Shown here piece after piece: positions 61,662 through 64,000 of a stretch of DNA of 64,000 nucleotides; the first letter of the stretch is position 1; the number at the start of each line of letters is the position of its first letter. The position numbers and the translations under genes were made by a program. The notes beneath the pieces are model-generated. The model did no database searches and was not told the origin of the DNA. It was given only the letters and a program-made list of their open reading frames with translations. This DNA is from Alphaproteobacteria bacterium (GTDB taxonomy: Bacteria > Pseudomonadota > Alphaproteobacteria > MPNO01 > UBA830): NCBI GenBank assembly GCA_038131485.1, contig JAYPPO010000002.1, positions 845,207-909,206 on the forward strand, given 5' to 3'.

Positions 61662-62593
61662 GCGGCGCCTCCCGTGTCGTCTGAGGGCCGGCCAATTCGG
61701 CGTATTTCCCATTCCAGCCGGATACCTGACCCGGCCTCGACGCGGTCGCGGATTTCCTCGCCCAGCGTCTCAATGTCGGCCGCGGTCGCGGCGCCGCAAT
61801 TGATCAGGAAGTTGCAATGCTGCTCAGAGACCATCGCGTCGCCGATGCGGAATCCGCGGAGACCAGCCGCGTCAATCAGCTCCCACGCCTTCGCGCCAAC
61901 GGGGTTTTTGAAGGTCGAACCGCCGGTGCGGGCCTGGATTGGCTGGCTGCGGCGGCGCGCGTCCGAAATCTCGGCCATTCGCGCCGCGATCGCGTCGCGG
62001 TCGCCTGGCGCGCCCTGCAGCCGGCCTGACAGGAAGATCCAGTCTTCGCCGATGTCGCAGTGCCGGTAGGTGAAACCGAATTCGGCGTTGGAAATCGTAT
62101 GAACCTCACCATCGGGGTCGACGGCGGTTGCCTCGATCAGCACTTCGGAGATTTCGCGACCATAGGCGCCCGCGTTCATGCGCAGGGCACCGCCGATAGT
62201 GCCAGGGATGCCACTAAGAAATTCGAGACCTTGGAGGCTTGCGTCGCGGGCGGCCCGCGAGACCGCAACGCCGAGCGCACCCGCGCCCGCCGAAAGGACA
62301 CCGCCGTCGATAGAGATGTCCGACAATGCCTTGGCGAATATCACTACGACGCCCTCGATACCGCCGTCGCGCACCAGCACGTTGGATCCGAGCCCGAGCA
62401 CGATTACGGGAACGTCCGACGGCAAGCCGCTGCGGAAGGTGGTCAGGTCGTCGGCGTCGGCAGGGTGGAACAGCACTTCGGCGGGCCCGCCGGTTCGAAA
62501 CCAAGTTGCGCCGGCAAGCGAGGCGTTCTCGCTCAGCCTGCCGCGCACAGCGGGCAGACGATCAATCAGTCGCGGGGAAAGCTGCGCCAGCAT
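61658..62593 (-). CDS. murB: UDP-N-acetylenolpyruvoylglucosamine reductase
   Basis: FAD-binding PCMH domain (…[13 protein letters not shown]…). Start uncertain (track ORF opens at 62662). Confidence 0.85.
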   Translation of the reverse strand: MLAQLSPRLIDRLPAVRGRLSENASLAGATWFRTGGPAEVLFHPADADDLTTFRSGLPSDVPVIVLGLGSNVLVRDGGIEGVVVIFAKALSDISIDGGVLSAGAGALGVAVSRAARDASLQGLEFLSGIPGTIGGALRMNAGAYGREISEVLIEATAVDPDGEVHTISNAEFGFTYRHCDIGEDWIFLSGRLQGAPGDRDAIAARMAEISDARRRSQPIQARTGGSTFKNPVGAKAWELIDAAGLRGFRIGDAMVSEQHCNFLINCGAATAADIETLGEEIRDRVEAGSGIRLEWEIRRIGRPSDDTGGAA

Positions 62594-64000
62594 CCGCTCG
62601 GCCCTCCTTTCCTGTGCCGGCCCGCACGTTCCAAATATTCGCGAGCTGCTTCGGCATAGCATTTGCCCACGCCGTTATATTGCCAGCGCCGAGGCAAATG
62701 ACGAAGTCGTCAGGCTCGGCGAGATCGGCGATCATCTGCGGCAATGCGCCTTCGGACTCGAGCGCGAGGACGTGTCGGTGGCCGCGCCCGCGCATGCCGG
62801 AGACGAGCGCATCGCGGTCGATGCCCGGGATCGGGTCTTCTCCCGCCCGGTAAATGTCCGCGACGATCACGGTGTCGGCGTCGTTGAAGCAGGTGCAGAA
62901 CCCATCGAACAGGTCGCGCACTCGGGTGAACCGGTGCGGCTGAACGACGGCGACCACATTGCGCCGGGCACTCGCCCGGGCTGCTGCCAGCACGGCGGCG
63001 ATCTCGACCGGGTGATGGCCGTAATCGTCGATGATCGTGACGCCGTTGACGATGCCCGTGCGCGTGAAGCGTCTATTCACGCCGCTGAAGGCGGCGAGCG
63101 CACCGCGCACCGTTTCTGGCTCGATCTCCATCTCTATAGAAATCGCGATCGCGGCGAGCGCGTTGCGGACGTTGTGATGCCCGACCATCGGCATGGTGAA
63201 GCGGCCGAGATCGCTGGTCCGGCCGGACAGCCGATTGGTTACGGTGACGGTGAAGTGCGAGCCCAGTGGATCGGTAGCCACGTCGGTGGCGCGCACGTCG
63301 GCCTGCCGGCTCATGCCGTAGGTCAAGATTCGGCGGTCGAGCACCTCGGGGATAAGCGCCTGGACGTTGGAATCGTCGATGCAGAGCGTTGCGAAGCCGT
63401 AGAAAGGAATGTTCTGCACGAAGGTCGCGAACGAGGCGCGCAACGTGTCGAAATCGCCGTAATGGTCGAGATGTTCGGGGTCGATGTTCGTGATCACGGC
63501 GATGGTCGCCGGCAGCTTAATAAACGTGCCGTCGGATTCGTCGGCCTCAACCACAATCCAGTCGCCGGTGCCAAGCCGGGCGTTCGTTCCGTATGCGTTG
63601 ATGATGCCGCCGTTGATGACCGTCGGGTCTATGCCGGCCTCATCAAGCACTGACGCGACGATAGAGGTTGTCGTCGTTTTGCCGTGGGTGCCGGCAACCG
63701 CGATTCCCCATTTGAGGCGCATGATCTCGGCGAGCATTTCAGCGCGCGGGACGACGGGTAAGAACCGCGCCCGCGCCTCAACGACCTCCGGGTTGTTCTG
63801 CTTCACGGCCGACGAAATAACGACGACGGTGGCGTCGCCGAGGTTTTCTGCCTTGTGGCCGACCTTGATGAGGATGCCGAGATTGCGCAGGCGGACGACG
63901 TTTGCGTTCTCCGAGAGGTCGCTGCCCTGAACCGAATAGCCTAGGCTGTGTAGAATTTCTGCGATACCGCTCATGCCGATGCCGCCGATTCCAACGAAAT
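62562..64000 (-). CDS. murC: UDP-N-acetylmuramate--L-alanine ligase (N-terminus lies beyond the window end)
   Basis: …[21 protein letters not shown]… …[10 protein letters not shown]… Mur ligase motifs. The frame stays open to the window edge. Confidence 0.9.
   Translation of the reverse strand, partial: FVGIGGIGMSGIAEILHSLGYSVQGSDLSENANVVRLRNLGILIKVGHKAENLGDATVVVISSAVKQNNPEVVEARARFLPVVPRAEMLAEIMRLKWGIAVAGTHGKTTTTSIVASVLDEAGIDPTVINGGIINAYGTNARLGTGDWIVVEADESDGTFIKLPATIAVITNIDPEHLDHYGDFDTLRASFATFVQNIPFYGFATLCIDDSNVQALIPEVLDRRILTYGMSRQADVRATDVATDPLGSHFTVTVTNRLSGRTSDLGRFTMPMVGHHNVRNALAAIAISIEMEIEPETVRGALAAFSGVNRRFTRTGIVNGVTIIDDYGHHPVEIAAVLAAARASARRNVVAVVQPHRFTRVRDLFDGFCTCFNDADTVIVADIYRAGEDPIPGIDRDALVSGMRGRGHRHVLALESEGALPQMIADLAEPDDFVICLGAGNITAWANAMPKQLANIWNVRAGTGKEGRADAGAAFPATD

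Overview
High-GC (~65%) alphaproteobacterial chromosomal segment. It runs from dnaG(partial)-rpoD into a rearranged accessory region and ends in the dcw cell-division cluster (recN, bamD, lpxC, ftsZ, ftsA, ftsQ, ddl, murB, murC partial), with ligA, pepP, prmA and uvrD upstream of it. Right after rpoD, two 1278-bp IS3-family copies in direct orientation (2843-4120 and 9292-10569; TGACCTGCCCCC inverted termini, two-ORF transposase with a GGGAAAC -1 slippery site) bracket a 5.2-kb cargo: a lipocalin-like protein, two TauD/TfdA-type Fe/2OG oxygenases, a cupin with a histone-H1-like Lys/Ala tail, and a UbiD-family decarboxylase. Both IS copies share an in-frame TAA in orfA. The second copy truncates a GH19/PG-binding lysozyme-like gene. 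A tRNA(CAT) follows. After it comes a ~22-kb mosaic catabolic island: Rieske oxygenase alpha, SDRs, oligopeptidase B, dienelactone hydrolase, extradiol dioxygenase, a cytosine-deaminase-like amidohydrolase, an orphan Mo-hydroxylase large subunit, a SAM methyltransferase, a cupin, a YtoQ-family protein, a HIBADH-like dehydrogenase, a HyuA/HyuB pair whose HyuB carries a C-terminal Cys4 zinc-ribbon tail, a GST and an orphan HyuB. Core genes follow (ettA, mlaA/mlaC, thioesterase, ClC channel, a second HyuA/HyuB pair, an S1C protease). Two gene remnants were found: a metF-like fragment and an ialB-family gene broken across at least three frames. No CRISPR array and no rRNA are present. Coordinates read from the printed text may be off by 1 nt in places; gene coordinates follow the ORF track where possible.
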